A stretch of DNA of 63,175 nucleotides, the filler included, from Saprolegnia diclina VS20 (taxonomy: Eukaryota): the NCBI RefSeq assembly GCF_000281045.1. It is 5 parts of 3 records of this genome, joined end to end, with 100 filler letters (N's around TTAATTAATTAA, not from the genome) between each part and the next. Parts side by side here need not be neighbours in the genome. Positions count along the whole stretch, not along the records: positions 1 to 23,455 come from NW_008246124.1; positions 23,556 to 37,994 come from NW_008246124.1; 3 more parts are not named here. One strand, written 5' to 3'. Every line of letters begins with the position of its first letter. Position 1 is the first letter of the stretch. Positions 11,851 through 23,891 of this stretch are shown here, piece after piece. The position numbers were made by a program, and so were the translations under genes. The notes under the pieces were generated by a model, which did not search any database, was not told the DNA's origin, and saw nothing but the letters and a program-made list of their open reading frames with translations.

Positions 11851-13952
11851 ATGCAGCGACTGGCAACTGCGCTGCTGCTCCTAAGTAGCAGCCTCGTCAC
11901 GGTCGGCGGCAGCAACGAGACGCACGTGCGCTCGCACCGGCCCACCGCGCCGGTCCGCTCCGAGACGCCGGCGCCCACGTACCCGACGCGCCCGCCCGCC
12001 TCGAGCGACGACGCTCTCTACCGCTGCCACGAGCTGCCGCGCATCTGCAGTCCGCCACCAGACGACAAGACCGACGCCTGCAGGATGCTCTTTCCCGACT
12101 GCTTCCGCCAGCCAGCCATCGTCGTTTCGACCAACGCATCGGGCTCGCTCGATGGACGAGTTCCATGTTGCGACCGCGTGCAGCTGCTCAACGCACTCAC
12201 GGCGCTACCCGAGACGCAGCTGTGCTTGACCACGTCCAACCTCTCAATCCTCTCGCTGCTGTATGGCAACCGCCTCGAGCGCGACCAAGTCCACGCCTTC
12301 AACCGAACGGCCGCTTGCCAGAGCTTTGCGGCCGCGTTCACGTCGGCGGTCGCGGCCATGGCACCGTGCTCGATCGAGGGCCGCCTTGTCCATGGCGAGC
12401 GCTACAGCGGAGCTAGCTTCGAAGACTTTGTTGAGCGGCTCCTGGGGTATGTCAACGTTGCCTATGCGCCAACGTACGACGATGCGCCGGCGCTCGCCGC
12501 CGTGCACGCGTTCCCGAGCGACGCGCTGCTCCACGTGGGCATGGACCCGCGCCTTGGCCTTGGCCCGTTCCTCGTCTTGCTGCTCGAAGGGGTCCTCGTC
12601 TGTCTCTGCGTCGCCACGCTTTTCTGGTTCGTCCGGACCGCGTGCGAGGCCAACCCGTATGCGACTGTCTTGTACGACGCGACCTTGCGCGGTACTCCAT
12701 GCCTTGGCTTTGGCTCTTGTAATGGTGAGGCTCATGGCGCGTAGGAATCGCGGTCGTCGGTGTCCTTTCGTTTCTGGTCCAGCGCTGTCTGCTCTGGGAG
12801 CTCATCCCGCTGAATGGGCCTACGCACCATGGTCTCCTCGTTGTCCAAGACGTGCTCTGGCTTGTCGTGCTCGTCCACGCTGCGCAGACGGCGGTCGTGA
12901 GCTGGCGCGTGTTTGGGGCGCACCACCGTCGGTGCGCCCTCGCCGGCCGGTCGCTCAAGGATTTCGTGTCGGTCGCCACCAACGACGGGCTCGTGACCGC
13001 CGACAACCGCGTGCCACGCCGGTTCCACGAAGGCGTCGACTACTTCTTGCTCCGACACCTCTTCCTACAAGCGCATACGCTCCCCACAACATTCCAGTTT
13101 GATGTGTACCTCAACCACGTCGAGGCCGCGACGCTCGTCGAGCTTTTGCCGCTGCCGTGGTGGAGCTGGCCCGTCCTCGTCGCTGTCTACGCGAGCTTCC
13201 TCGGGATTGCAGACGGCGTTACGCATCCATCGTGGTCCTCAGCGACAGTGGACGAAATGGCTCGGCTGGCGCCGCAAGTCTGGCGGCCGGATGTCGCTGC
13301 AGCCCGCATCTACGTCTTGCTTGCCTATCTGAGCGTCGCACTCCTTCTTACCGTGGCGGTCGCCTGGTACCTCTACAAAGTCGCGTCCGGCCTCCTTCTC
13401 CAAGCGTGTGACATCATCAACGAGCTCAACATGGCCTCCAAGATCGAGTCGCTTCAGGTGCTCGCATCGCGTGGTGACGGAGGTAGCGTCACGGCCAAGG
13501 ACGTGGTCGCGTCGCTGACGTCCATGGAGCATCTCTCCGAGTCGCTTTTGGAGGCGCCGGAGGTGCTGCCAAGCCGCCTCGTGCAAATGCCGTCGTGGAG
13601 TCGGTCGTCGCTGGCATTGGTCGTTCGCCTAACGTTGGTGCTGCCCGTGCTCTTCCTGGCATTGCTCTGGGACTGCCTCCTCCTCCTTGCTTCGGCGCCG
13701 TGGTGGTACCGCTGTGCGCTTGGGTCGCTTCTGCTTGTCCTCGCAGTTGTATCGACGGTGCTTTTGCCGCTGCTGGCGCTGCAGCTGGGCACCGTTGTCG
13801 GCGTCGCGTGTCCGGACCGCCACCAAGTGCTCAATGCGCTCTCCGCGTCGATTCTTCGCCTTCGCGAACACGCACTGCAACTCAAGGCAACGAGCGCCGC
13901 GACGATTGTGCTCAGCCCAACCCCCCAGTCGTGCAGCACAGCACGATGCTAG
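11851..13952 (+). CDS. Signal peptide + Cys-rich elicitin-like ectodomain + MLO-like multipass membrane domain (2 exons)
   Basis: Intron 12692-12744 joins the 297-aa and 366-aa ORFs in frame; DYFLLRHLFLQAHTLPTTFQFDVYL resembles the MLO loop motif; about 7 hydrophobic segments. The gene model is firmer than the domain names. Confidence 0.6.
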
Positions 13953-14167
13953 TTAGTAGATATCAAGTCGACTAAAATCGTTCACACAGTACATCAACGC
14001 TTGCAGAATGTCGACTGCGTCGTCTCTTGTGGTCCGACGAGTGGCGAATAGCAGAGTCTTTGGAGCGAGGACTGAATTTCTAGTAAAGATTGCTATGCAA
14101 AAAGATATCTATGACCTTGGGGTAGGGTCCGCGACGAAACGCTTCGTGCGCTATTCTAAGGGCGTCC

Positions 14168-17068
14168 ATGATGACCGAGGCCGACGTCGACCTTGTCCGA
14201 GCGCTTCCGGCGACACCAAGCCGTCTCTCGCTGGACTTGACCAAGCTGGATGCTACCTCGCCTCGCAAGCTGCTCAAGAAGCTCCAGCGCCGGGCCCCTC
14301 GCAACTTGAAGGAACATTTTCGGGCGCTGGACGTCGATGGCAGCGGTACAATCGAGCCTAAGGAGCTGCATTCGATGCTGCAGCAACAAGGCTTTTCGCA
14401 GTCCGAGAGCAATTCGATTCTCAAGCTGCTGGACCCCGAGGGTCGAGGCCACGTCCGGTACCACGATTTCTTCAGCGCCGTCCACAGACCGTCGCCCGCC
14501 GTGGTGCGCAACGATATATCGCCCGACGCCGCACTCGCCCGCGTCCGGTCGCTCGTCACGACCAAGCACGAGCATTTGCAGCGCGCCTTTCGCCAGTACG
14601 ACGCCAACCATGACGGTATTTTGTTCTGGACGAATTGGTGCAGACGCTCAACGAAGGTTAGGACACATTGACAAGACCGAATTCGAGAGCTGCATGGCAG
14701 CGTGGGGAGTACATCCAGCGGACGTTGCGACGCTGCAAAAGGCGTTTGATCCAACCGACGTTGGTGCCATCGACTACAAGCGCTTCTTGCACGTTGTCGA
14801 CGGCGGCGATCGGGACCAGACCGAGCTCGCGAACCTGCACTTGCCCCAACACGGTCAAAACAAGGGCAGAAAGACCCGCAAGCCGGGGATCGAACCGGCA
14901 CCCGATGGTTCCAAAGGGCAAAGTGGGCCCAAGACCAAGGCCCAGCTGCTGCACCACCTGCGTACGACGGCCAAGGTGGCCAACCCCAAGGATTTTTTTC
15001 GAAAGTACGACGCCGATGGCAACGGAACGCTCGAGCAGCGCGAGATTGTCTCGTGCCTCGCGTCACTCGGGTGGAACGAGCAAGATACCGAGGGGCTCCT
15101 GCGGGTATTAGACCCCCACAGTGCGGGGGCGGTCGCGTATGCTAGCTTTTTCGACAACGTCACGGCCATCGACGCGCCGGTCGTCACGACAAAGTCTGTC
15201 GACGCGTCGTTCCATACGGTCGTCGAGATGCTCGCTGCCAAGGCCAAGCACATTCACCACCTCTTTCGGCGGTTTGACGTCGACGGCGACGGTGCCCCGT
15301 CGCATGATGACGTCATCTTCTGACGTGGCATCACCGTAGGCACGATCGACTTGACAGAATTTCACACGTGCTTGAGCCACCTCGGCGTGCTGCCCGTGGA
15401 CGCGGCCAACGTCGTCGCCAAGTTTGATCCGAACCAGACGGGCATCATCGACTTTGGTCAGTTCCGCGCCGCGGTGCTTCACCATGACACGGCGTCCGAG
15501 TGGGCGCCGCTGCACTTGGTGGCGGAAAAGACGGTCGGCGTCAAGCAATTTCCCGCCAAACACAATCATAAAAGCCCCGTGTTTACCTCGGAAGCGGTCC
15601 CGTCGGTGCCGGCGACACTGCATGCGCATTACCTCGAGCGACTGCGACTCAAACACAGTGACTTGCGCGTGGCGTTTCGCAACTATGACAAGAAGAAGCT
15701 CGGTCGCCTCGATCGCCGCGCCTTTGAAGCGTGCCTCAAGAGTGTTGGGGGGCGACCAGAAGACATTGCCGCCGTCTGGGCGCATCTCGCGGGCGACGAT
15801 GACGCGGTGCCGTTCCATAGCTTTGCACAGAGCCAAACCGTGGCGCCTCCGTCGCCAACCAAACTCCAGCACAAGCAAGGCCTTCGTGCTCACGTCATGG
15901 ATTCTCACAAAATAGTTGGCTAGTTTTTTTCCACTTCAACTCCCACCAACATCGCCGCGGGCCAACGAACGGCACGCCGTTCAAACCCAGGTCGTTGCGA
16001 GGGGTAGGGTCCACAGCTCACGCGATCGTAGGCTCTGGATACGCTCCAGAAGAAGACAAAGGTGTCGTCCAAAGCGCTGCGAGCCCTCTACCGCGCGTGC
16101 GACCCGGACGCCGTTGGTGTGTTTGCCAAGGTACGGATACCTCCGGGAAATTCCGCTTTGAAATGACATGCGACCAGGAACGCTTGCGACACGAGATGCA
16201 AGCACAACTAAAGCTCTCTCCCGACCAAGTCGACACGCTCTTGCGGCATATGCCGTCGCAGATGGAGGAACGTGATCTCGCCGCGTGCCTCTATAAGTCG
16301 TCACCCTATGTACCATTGTCGGGGTCGAAGTGCATCCCACCATGGAAGTAGGTGGGTGCCGCTCGGCTGCACTTCAAAGACGCCCAGCGTCTCTTGCGCC
16401 TCGAAGAGACGCACCCCAAGCAGCTTCGAGCGCTCTTCCGCACGATGGACGAAGACAAGACCAACCAAGTCGTCCACACGTGTCTCGTAATCACCGCCTC
16501 AGTACTTATTCCGAGTTGGGACATGAAACACTAGACCTCGTCGGCGCTCAGTGGCGCGCTCAAGAACGCGTTTGGCGTCGAGATCCCGCCCGAGCGCCTC
16601 GCCGCGTTGATACCACCTGTCGCCACCTACAGCCAAGTGCTGCAAGCCGCCCACGCCGCCGTCACAGCCGAGCCGCACGAGACTTCGTCGCCGATCGATT
16701 TTCATGGTCGGCTCTTGGGCTGCCGCGCGCTCCTCTGTCCGCGCGCAACGAGCGACCCTTCTTTCTTGGGCCACGACATGCGCCCGCGGGACAACGCGGC
16801 TGCGATGCGGCGGTCGTTCCCAGGACCCTCGGACGCCGCTGGACTCGACTCGGCAGGCTTTCACGCCCGCTGCAGTGCTTTGCACATCGACACAACCGCG
16901 CAAGATACACCAATGGACCGTGACGTGGCGCCGCGATGGAAGCTCAAGGCCGTCGACGGCGCCCACGAAAAGGTCGGTCTCGGAGGCGGCCGAAAGCGCA
17001 TGGCCGCGCGCAACATAGAGCACGATCACAAAATGCGCTCGCTACTGGCGCACGACGCGTCGTCATGA
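14168..17068 (+). CDS. Multi-EF-hand calcium-binding protein (multi-exon)
   Basis: Repeated EF loops: DVDGSGTIEPKE, DANHDGHIDKTE, DPTDVGAIDYKRF, DADGNGTLEQRE, DVDGDGTIDLTE, DPNQTGIIDFGQF; 3' exon structure approximate. Confidence 0.8.
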
Positions 17069-17087
17069 CACGTCATTAGGTCATAGA

Positions 17088-19957
17088 TTAGACGTTGGTG
17101 ACACTCGTCGTATCCTCGTCTTCGTCTTCGTCATCGTCGTCGTCTATCGTAACATGGTTGTCGGCCGTCGAGGCGGGGGAGACCGCGGCGGGACTCAACG
17201 CATCGCTTATGACGTCCGGCGTGTTGGCTGGCTCGGGCGTCATCTTCTCGGTCTCGGAATCTTGGCTCTCAGGGGACTCCATGGCGTTAGGTAAAGCGTC
17301 TATCTGCGACTCTTCTTGCTGATCCTCAGCAACTGCCGTCGATGCCATCTCGTCGTCGTCGTCGTCGCCGGTCGTGGCGGCCACCTTGTCATCGTCGCCG
17401 TCGTCAGTCGTGGCCGCCGCCTTTTCGGCGATGTCAGTCTCGGAGCTGGCTTCCTCCACCGACGAGATTGAGAGCTGCTCCAGTTCGGTGCTGGGTGTCT
17501 TGGTCGCATTGATCTTGATCTGCTCATACTGACGGGCAAGGTCGTCCAGGTTGGTTCGCATTGACGTCCGCGTCGCCTCGACCGTCGCCGCGTCGTACGT
17601 ATCACTGCGGATCAGGTTGGAGAGCTTGGCCTCCACCATGCTGTCGTCTACGCCAAAGTCGGTGCGTTGACCGCGCAGACTGTCGTATGCGTCGAGGAGC
17701 ATGTGCGCGCTCAGTAGCATGTGCACGCCACAGTCGAACGAGTTGATTTGCTGGGGCGACTTGACAGCGAAACGGGCAAACGCAGACGGGTCCCACCCAT
17801 CCTCCGTGCCGTGCTTCTTCTTGAAGACGGCGCCGAGGTACGCAAGGAGCGGCGACCACACCTCGCCTCGTCGGTGCGCGCCGCTCATCGAGTCGAGCAG
17901 CGTGAGCACGGGCGGGAGGCGTCGGTCGGCTTTCGGCAGTGCAGCCATACCCAGGTTAAAGATGACCACGAGGCTCCAGTGGTTGCTACACAGTACAAGC
18001 TGAGTTGTCGACAAGAGAAAATACACTGTTTGTACCGAATGTTGATGGGCACAACAACCACTTCCTTGGAAAAGAGGTCGTCATAGCTGTACCACGACGC
18101 GACCGACCCGCCGGTCGTCAGCGCGGGAAAAAAAAGCGCGCCAAAACAGAGACAGTACGGTTTGGTCGACGTGCACGGACCCGCTTGTAGCCACCTAATC
18201 TCAGAGACAATAAGCAGGTCGGACAATGGATACCAAGGGTGTACTTGAAGTAAAAGTCGATCAGGTTGTCGTTCAGGTACACCTCGGGCTCAAGGCGATC
18301 CAGGTCTTCTTCGGTGATGGAAATCACATCGAGGTTCGCCGGGGGCAGCGGGTACACGACCACGACTTTGCTAGCGACGCGGGGTCGGCGCCCGCTCTGG
18401 CGCGTCTTGCGCGGCTTGGTGGTCGTGGTCGTTGTCGGCGGTGGTGGCAGACTCGCTACGTGCAGCTTGCTACCGAGCGTTGCGGACCGCAGTAGCTGGC
18501 TCTCGGACCGTCGCGGTGTCGCGCCATCCCGCCACGCCGCCACGTCAACGAGGTACTTTTGTGCTTGGCCGGCGAGTAGGCTATGCAGACAGAGATGAGA
18601 GCGGCTGTCGTGACGCAGGATGCATCAGAATGACATACATCTTTTTGGCGACGACGTGCGGGAAGCGCCGCTTGAACGCATTGAAAAATGAGAGCAAAGC
18701 ATCCGGGTCGCGTGGGATTGCTACGATAAACTTGGTCGCGTCGAGCCGAAACACGTTGTTGCGCGTGGCGCTAATGGCGAGAAACGAAGGGACGTCGGGC
18801 TTCATCGAGGCAAACATGCTACGGCGACCAGGAGCATGACGATCAGGATGCAAGTCGAGAAGGACGTACAGCAGCTGCGCAATCTGGCTCACGTACAGCT
18901 GACTGTCGCTCCACGAGAGGCGTTGGGTTTCGAGACGGAGCTCCGTCGGCGGCATCTCGTTGGCGCCAATGTTGAGCGACACGCAGGCCAACAGCGTGGG
19001 CTCGTCGACCATTGGCGACGATGTGGCCTCTGCGTCCTCGCCATCTTCGTCTTCGTCGGATGAAAAGCTGATGGGCTTGTCGGCCGACCCGGACGACTTG
19101 GTCGCTGCCCGCGTCGAGCTGTACGGTTTGACGGTTGGCAAGTGGTTCGGGCTGGCGAACGAAGCAACCGCCGGGCGCCGTCGCTCATACAGCACCGACG
19201 TCTTGTGCGCCTTGCTGCGCCACTCGTCCATGGGCGCAGCTGCCTTGGGCTTGTTGTCCAAGCATGGCCGCTTCTTGGGCCGAGTATCTGCCTTGAGCTG
19301 GTCCTCCATGCTCGCGTAGTGGCCGGCGGTCGCGCGCTCGAGAACGGACGACGTTGTCGTTGTCGAGAAGACGGGTCGCATCGCTGGCTTTGTCGCGTAC
19401 TCTGCGAGTGATCCCGAGATCTTGCCAGAGTACTTGGGAGCCTATGCACGCCACGAAGATGAATCATGCGAGCGCGCTGCAAAATCACGAACCGTCGAGT
19501 TTGTCGACGAGCCCATGATGGCTTGGCCCGGCACGATCCTTGATGGCACTGTCTTGCTGCGCTGACGGCTTGCCGGCTCCATGGGCAATCGTGGTTTCAC
19601 GACTGCTTTGGTTACCGAGTAAAAAGGGCGGTCGGGCTTCGACGGTGTCTGGTCAAAGCTGGTCGTTGGTGCTTCGTTGTCCCAGCGACGGTCGCGCTTC
19701 TTGCGCTTCGCATCCTCCGTGTCGGGCGGCGGCCTGGTCGATATCTTCTTGCGCGTCAAGGGCTCGTACGTCATTGACCTGGGGATATGGCTTGCTATCG
19801 TCGTCGTCGTCGTCGAGCGCGAAGCCAGCCCATACCGCTTCTTGGAGGCCTTCTCCGGGGTATCGAGGAGGTCCATGGTCTCCAGGAGGTCCGGTCGGAG
19901 CTTCCCGGCCGACGCGGGCTGCCACGCCGGGACGTCGCCATCGATCCGGTCGTCCAT
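17088..19957 (-). CDS. Ulp1/SENP-family SUMO protease (peptidase C48), multi-exon
   Basis: DLDRLEPEVYLNDNLIDFYFK, VVPIN, HWSL (His), LDSM (Asp), QINSFDCGVH (Gln/Cys); long low-complexity N-terminus; start codon uncertain. Confidence 0.85.
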
Positions 19958-20655
19958 GCCCGCGGTCTCGCGCGGTCCCACTTGCAAATATTGCGAGAGC
20001 TTGGGCAATATTCCTATTATTATTCAATATTCTAGAAAAATAAAATGAATTTCAGCTCGTACCTCTTGCATTGTGTAACGTGAATACAACATCTTTATTT
20101 TATTATCCATTCCATTTTAGACCAATCAGCGCTCAAATAAAAATGGCTCGGAAGTCCACCATCCGGACCAAGCTCGAGCGAGCTGCAGCTTCATGGAGGT
20201 CTTCGATCGATCGTCACGTCGCTTCCGGCATCGAACATGCTGCTACGTCCAGAGGTGACGATGGCTTGTCCACGAAGATTGTCGGCGGCCATGGCAGGAA
20301 GGCTGTGGCAGGAGCGTGCGAAGGCGATGTGCATGCGTGCCACCTGTGCTGGGACCATGGCCACCCACCATTCGCCACCCTACATGCTCTAGTCTACGCT
20401 GCTAAAGATGAAGAGGAATGGTAGATCACAATGGAATGTATTAGCGTAGTAGATCAGTCGGTCCTGTGGTCGCTTGAGTCGTAGTCTTTGGGGAAGGTAC
20501 GAGACATCAGCGGCGACCGGCACAGTATAGGAATAGCGTGCCATGAGGCGACTTGATAGACGCAGCGGAATACAGTCGATGCAGAATGCTTCAACGGCGC
20601 AGTGCACGCGCCATAATGGACGAGCCATGATGGGTGCAGCGCCGAGGGGTGCGAT

Positions 20656-21345
20656 TTACAATAGCAGCGGCATTTGCATGTCAAACGTTACGGCTTCGGC
20701 GGGCGTGGCCGTGCCGAAGAGGAGCGTGTCGAGGATACCGTCGTCAATATCCGAGAGGTCCATCTCGTCGGCGACGGGCACAAAGTTCGAGACATCGCGC
20801 GGCGACGACGTGAGCTTGGCCTTCTTGCGAAGCGGCTCGGCTTCGACCTCGGCATCGAGCGCGTTCGTCTCGACGTACGAGTGGACAAAGTTGGTCAAGA
20901 TCGAGATCTGGTTGGTCAAGGCCGAGAGCTGCGACTCGAGCGACGACATCTTCTCCTTGAGCGCCGAGACTTCGGTCTTGTCGACCTTCTCGCTCACATC
21001 GGAGCTCGTGTTGGTCTTGCGGCGGATCGACACCATCTTCTCGGGCGCATCGCGGAGGAAGAGCGGGTGCGTAAACTCCCAGACCGAGTCGGCGTCGAGG
21101 TCGCCGCTCTGGTTGTGCTTCTTGTACTTGTCAAAGCCGTAAAACTTGAGCTGGCGCGCAAAGCTCGTAAAGTTGTTGTGCTTGAAGTAGCGCGGCAGCC
21201 AAATGCTCTCGAGGTCCTTGATCTGGTTGACGACGAAGGACGTGCCATTGTTGCTCCATGCGGCCACGTCGTCCGGGCAGTTCATGATCATGTCGTACGA
21301 CTTCTGGAGGAAGAGGGCGGCGCTCATGTTGTTCGGTCGGCTCAT
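20656..21345 (-). CDS. HSF-type DNA-binding transcription factor
   Basis: FLQKSYDMI, WSNNGTSFVV, LPRYFKHNNFTSFARQLKFYGF, WEFTHPLFLR, followed by a heptad coiled coil. Confidence 0.92.
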   Translation of the reverse strand: MSRPNNMSAALFLQKSYDMIMNCPDDVAAWSNNGTSFVVNQIKDLESIWLPRYFKHNNFTSFARQLKFYGFDKYKKHNQSGDLDADSVWEFTHPLFLRDAPEKMVSIRRKTNTSSDVSEKVDKTEVSALKEKMSSLESQLSALTNQISILTNFVHSYVETNALDAEVEAEPLRKKAKLTSSPRDVSNFVPVADEMDLSDIDDGILDTLLFGTATPAEAVTFDMQMPLLL

Positions 21346-22674
21346 GCTGTGCTGCTGGTTCTGGTGTGGGAGGAAATTCAATAATGACGAATATGTAGGC
21401 GTGGAGCGCAAGTCCCACTGAGTCATTTACTTCCGCGCGGCCCAGTCTCGATTTTCCGGTTGCGACAGGCCTATGTCAGCCATAAGATTGCATAAATTCC
21501 AATATGTATTTTATCTGATATACCTCGTTGTTTGTATGAGAAATAAACATTTCGATAAAATAGAATAAGATTCGATTGTTCGATACTCATGTCAAGTATC
21601 AGATTTTAGAAAGATGCAGTTTGCGACCGCAGAGGACGAGTTTCGAAACCCATATTTCAGATGCGCACTACTTGTCCCACTCCATACGACCTGTCGAACG
21701 GCGGCTGGTGATTGGCTCTTGATTAAGCGAGGGACCAGGCGGTTGAATCGACTTGGTGTTTGTATGGCACCAGATGGGTGGCGCTCACTGGCGACACGGC
21801 CGATATCGATAATCGTGGATATGTGAAATTTTGTATGCGACTGGAAAAAGACTTGGTGTTTGTATACAGAGAGAGTGGGAGAAGAGCCGGATTACGCGAA
21901 AGGACTGATCGGCAATCGCTGGCTCTCGTCGGAATAAACACACGCATATGGCATGGCGTGCTTACGAGGCCGCGCCCTTTGGTGGCGAGGGCGACCACTT
22001 GGAAAGCTCTGGAGAGGCGGAGGGCGACTTAGCGACACCGCAGCGCCGCCGACTCTGGCGCATGGAGTGGCGCAAACCCTGGCGCAGACGGCGGTAGCAA
22101 CTCTGGCGCACTGGAGGGTGCTCTGAGAGCGCGAAAAATCTACTTTTCAATTGTGGATCTTTTCAGTGGCAATGATTCGTTCGAGCATCGTGGGGGCTAA
22201 TCCGCCTCCGTAGTGGCCGAGGTGTAGGACACATGGGCAGACGAAGGGAAATTGAATTGTGATTCGAGCCACATTCGGTATCATAATCGCTCGTCCTTCG
22301 TTGATGGGCGTGGACCCCGCGGGGCCTGCGCCATGCGCGGATCGGAACTCTCGGGAAGACCAGAGCTCAAGCTTCTGCGGCAGGGGTCCCTAGAAATCAT
22401 TTCTGTGGGGCCCCACCTCCATATCTTATACCATGACTTTGTACAGTCACAAAGTGGACCCAGGGTGGGGGTCCCATGTATTTATTTGTAGCCCGTCATC
22501 TCTTTTAAATATATAATATGGCATGTATCTTGATGTTTCTATTGCAAAAGATGAAACGAATAAAACTATCACCTCGATTATATATTAAAAGAAGGAGGCG
22601 GTCGACGGAATTCGGTTGCGTTCGCGTTCCAGGTGGCAGACTATCTCGCGCGTGGCGCAGTGCAGAAGAAGATC

Positions 22675-23286
22675 ATGCAAGCCGCAGCCGCCGCCAAGTC
22701 CAAGGCCTCAGCCGCCACGGCCAACGCGCCCATCTTCCTCCAGAAGACGTACACGATGTTCGAGAACTCGCCCGACAGCGTCGCCGCCTGGGCCAACAAT
22801 GGCACGACCATCGTCATCAAGGACCCAGAGGAGTTCGCTCGATCGGTGCTGCCCAAGTACTTCAAGCACAACAACTTTGCCTCGTACGTGCGCCAGCTCA
22901 ACTTTTACGGCTTCCGCAAGTACAAGAAGGATGACATTGTCATTGTCGACGACGACAAGACCAAGCACTGGTGGGAGTTCTACCACGACCAGTTCCTGCG
23001 CCACCGGCCCGATCTCATGGCGCAGATCCGCCGCAAGACGTACTCGGAGAACGACTCGACTGAGAAGGAAGACGTCGAAGTGCTCAAGAGCCAGGTGGTC
23101 TCGTTCCAGAACCAGCTCGAGCAGCTCACGGGCCAGATCACAAGCCTCACAGCCGTTGTCTCGGCCCTCATGGCGCGCAGTGGGAAGCGCCCGAGCGCAC
23201 CGGGCACGCCCGCGGTTGTCGCCGCCCTCGCTGCACAGGCCAAGCGGAGAAAAATGGCCGAGACCGACAGCATCGTGCAGCTCTAA
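22675..23286 (+). CDS. HSF-type DNA-binding transcription factor
   Basis: FLQKTYTMF, WANNGTTIVIKD, LPKYFKHNNFASYVRQLNFYGFRK, WEFYHDQFLR, coiled coil. Confidence 0.92.
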   Translation: MQAAAAAKSKASAATANAPIFLQKTYTMFENSPDSVAAWANNGTTIVIKDPEEFARSVLPKYFKHNNFASYVRQLNFYGFRKYKKDDIVIVDDDKTKHWWEFYHDQFLRHRPDLMAQIRRKTYSENDSTEKEDVEVLKSQVVSFQNQLEQLTGQITSLTAVVSALMARSGKRPSAPGTPAVVAALAAQAKRRKMAETDSIVQL

Positions 23287-23499
23287 GTGTAAGTATAATT
23301 ATATTGAACTACGAATGAATTTGAATTCAAACCGACGTTGCTTGTTGCGAGTCAAAATCTTGGGATCCAAGCCAGATCCAAGCTCCCATTGCTGCATAGT
23401 ATCGACGTAGTCAGGGAACCAGAGCGTGGATTAGCCGATACTCAGTGCGTAGAGGNNNNNNNNNNNNNNNNNNNNNNNNNNNNNNNNNNNNNNNNNNNN

Positions 23500-23511
23500 T
23501 TAATTAATTAA
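23500..23511. other. Artificial scaffold linker TTAATTAATTAA inside an N-gap (also 38039-38050, 44665-44676, 61173-61184)
   Basis: Identical six-frame-stop 12-mer centred in N runs four times. Confidence 0.95.
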
Positions 23512-23891
23512 NNNNNNNNNNNNNNNNNNNNNNNNNNNNNNNNNNNNNNNNNNNNGCTTGCACATAGACAAGTCCGCGCGTCGATACCGGGGAGACCGCG
23601 GAAGATATGGGCACGATCGGCGATGACGGCCCACCCCCGAGTTGTCGCAGCATCTTCGCAACAACCGTCCTGGCTACGCTGGCGGCTATAAATAGGGCAA
23701 GGCAGATGACTCAAGTCGCGCGCGTCCTTGAAGTCCCGACCTACAGAAGATACGCTGCCACTGCAGTAGCACTACGTATGCTTTGATGCTATGCAGAGCG
23801 CGATTTCGTGTACGGTGTCGACTTGACTCAAGTGCGTATGCATCGTTCAAGCGCCGACGTAACTGGTAGCGAAACCGACTTTGCCGCCGCG

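Noticed and set aside
20071..20650. Short ORFs between the SENP and HSF genes
   Set aside because: Stops in all frames and no recognisable motifs
23456..23555. TTAATTAATTAA palindrome repeated four times in the window
   Set aside because: Always centred in N runs, so an artificial scaffold linker rather than a piggyBac TTAA site or biological repeat
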